Assembly: GCA_030704615.1 (NCBI GenBank)
Contig: CM060733.1
Coordinates: 61,380,001-61,444,000 of the forward strand
Direction: 5' to 3'
Length of the DNA stretch: 64,000 nt
DNA from: Takakia lepidozioides
Taxonomy: Eukaryota > Plantae > Bryophyta
Each line of letters opens with the position of its first letter. Within the stretch, counting starts at the first letter, position 1. The notes below the pieces were generated by a model. The model made no database searches. It saw only the letters and a list, made by a program, of their open reading frames with translations, and had not been told where the DNA came from. Below, in pieces: positions 62,419-64,000 of the stretch. Both the position numbers and the translations under genes were made by a program.

Positions 62419-63491
62419 ATGTTGTTAATATTGAGTGTCAATGGACTCCTCTGCTACCGGCCACCTCCAACCGGCGGTGAATTGTTTAAGGAGAGATTTC
62501 GTTTCAGGAAAGTTACAGTTCATGTTCCCAACAGACCTTTTGTTGTTCCCCGGCCCGGAGTCTTGGAGTTTCTCAACCTTGCGTTCATGCATTTTCACGT
62601 GGCGATCTGGTTATGTGCTGAAAGAGATGTTCTTTGTAGGATGCTCGAGTGCTTAGTTCCTACGAAAATTGCGAAGAAATTTTGTTTCATCTGGTCAGCT
62701 GAGGATTGCAAAGACACAACCAGTTACATCATGCCTGGGATGAAATATCTCGTTAAGGATATTCGCACTGTTCTTGCCAAGTACCCTGATACACCATTTG
62801 CAACGCAGAGACAAATACTTCTTGTCGATGATGAGTCATCAAAGGGCCTCCGAAACCCACCAAATACTGGATTCTTCCGTATTTCATACAAGCCATCACC
62901 GAAGGGCTTGGTTGACCAGGATGATATGACAAAAGCTGTGTGGCCATATATATTGAAAATGGCTGCAGCTTCAATAGTGGTAGATTACATCAGCGAAAAC
63001 CCTGCCAAGTGGTCTCGTAAGCCTATTGGTCGTGACCATGCCTATTAAGCTTGGTATGGAAGATATGTTGATCCTCGTGTTTGGATCCCACAACAAAAGG
63101 AACCTGATTACCTTGGTATGTACTTATCCCACTGTTTATTGTTTATGGAGAATTTGATCTTGAAAGTGTCTTCTACTTGCACTTTTACTTTATCATTTTT
63201 TCTACAAATGTTCCACATTTCAATTGACATTTGTCATTTGAAAAATTGTTTTGCCCAGTCACATTCAAGGAGCGAATTCGAAAAGAAGAAGAAGAGCTTC
63301 GTGATTGGCGAGAATGGCGGGCTTCTCGGCAGGCTTCAAGGGCATTAGGAGATTCAACAAGTAGAGTTCCAAGTAACATTTCAGATGATAATGTTATTAC
63401 TAGGTTCGAGTTCTCCGAAAGTATTTCCGTTTCCTCTGGTGCGGAGACCGTTGGTTGTGGAACCGGAGGCGTCTTCGAACACATGCCTTGA
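62419..63491 (+). pseudogene. NIF-type HAD domain 3 plus terminal exon
   Basis: LLILSVNGLLC...PRPGVLEFLNLAFMHFHVAIW...FIWSAEDC...ILLVDDESSKGLRNPPNTGFF; stop at 63046-63048; probable GT-AG intron about 63116-63258. Confidence 0.75.
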
Positions 63492-64000
63492 CTGCGAGCC
63501 GTTTGGGAGGAGGCTCTGTAATATTAATGGGTTAGTGTAAGCCGTTGTATGGCTTCGAGCCGCTGGATAACATCAAGTCCAACGGATGTACAGTTGACGT
63601 TACATTATATCTGACTGCAACGCTAAAGATGCAATCTCTAATAAAAAGTTTATCATCAATGTATGCGGACACATTCTTTCATGTCATTCTCTTCATCACA
63701 TGCCATGATTGTTCTATGTTTGGTTTTGTATGTCATATGATATGACAACCATTTTGTGCAAAAAAATTTATATATCTGACCTCACATCATGGTGTAATTT
63801 ATTGCATCCTCCCATTTTTTTCGTGAACGTCAACTTGGCAGTGGATGTTCTTCTAAAACCACAATACATACTTATATTGTCTTCAAAAATGTTTTGGAGG
63901 ATTATTGTTCATGGTTATATTGTGCATAAAATAACCAAAATAATCATATATATCGCTTTATTTCAATAATAAATTTTGTTTATTCATATTTCTCATATTA

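Overview
Repeat-rich land-plant genomic DNA, most likely from a moss (inferred from the intron-free class IV HD-ZIP gene and PLS-type PPR fragments). The only intact host gene is a class IV HD-ZIP transcription factor (26620-29010, minus), which keeps the family's conserved 3'-UTR stem-loop. Everything else is nested mobile DNA. The main element is a complete 11.3-kb Ty3/Gypsy-like retroelement (50440-61772, 4-bp TSD GGTT). Its pol carries a DNMT3-like cytosine methyltransferase between protease and RT and a PHD finger after a DDE integrase. It has split direct repeats instead of two LTRs (A - internal - PPT - B - gc - A - B), a palindromic GACA-GC-TGTC junction and a self-complementary, non-tRNA primer site. 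This fits integration from a two-LTR circle. A second copy (1-4535, minus) has the same 5' end and has captured a TAA1/TAR auxin-biosynthesis exon. The complete element sits inside a decayed multi-gene region (about 32-64 kb) with a Sola1-like transposase, three FCP1/NIF-type HAD domains, Pol II CTD-like SPxY repeats and a dispersed 24-bp palindrome. Also present: two L1-type LINEs (one with an internal inversion), Copia remnants, a tRNA-derived SINE, two MITEs, a tandem exon-intron array, and cupin and PPR pseudogene fragments. All calls were made by eye; no searches were run.
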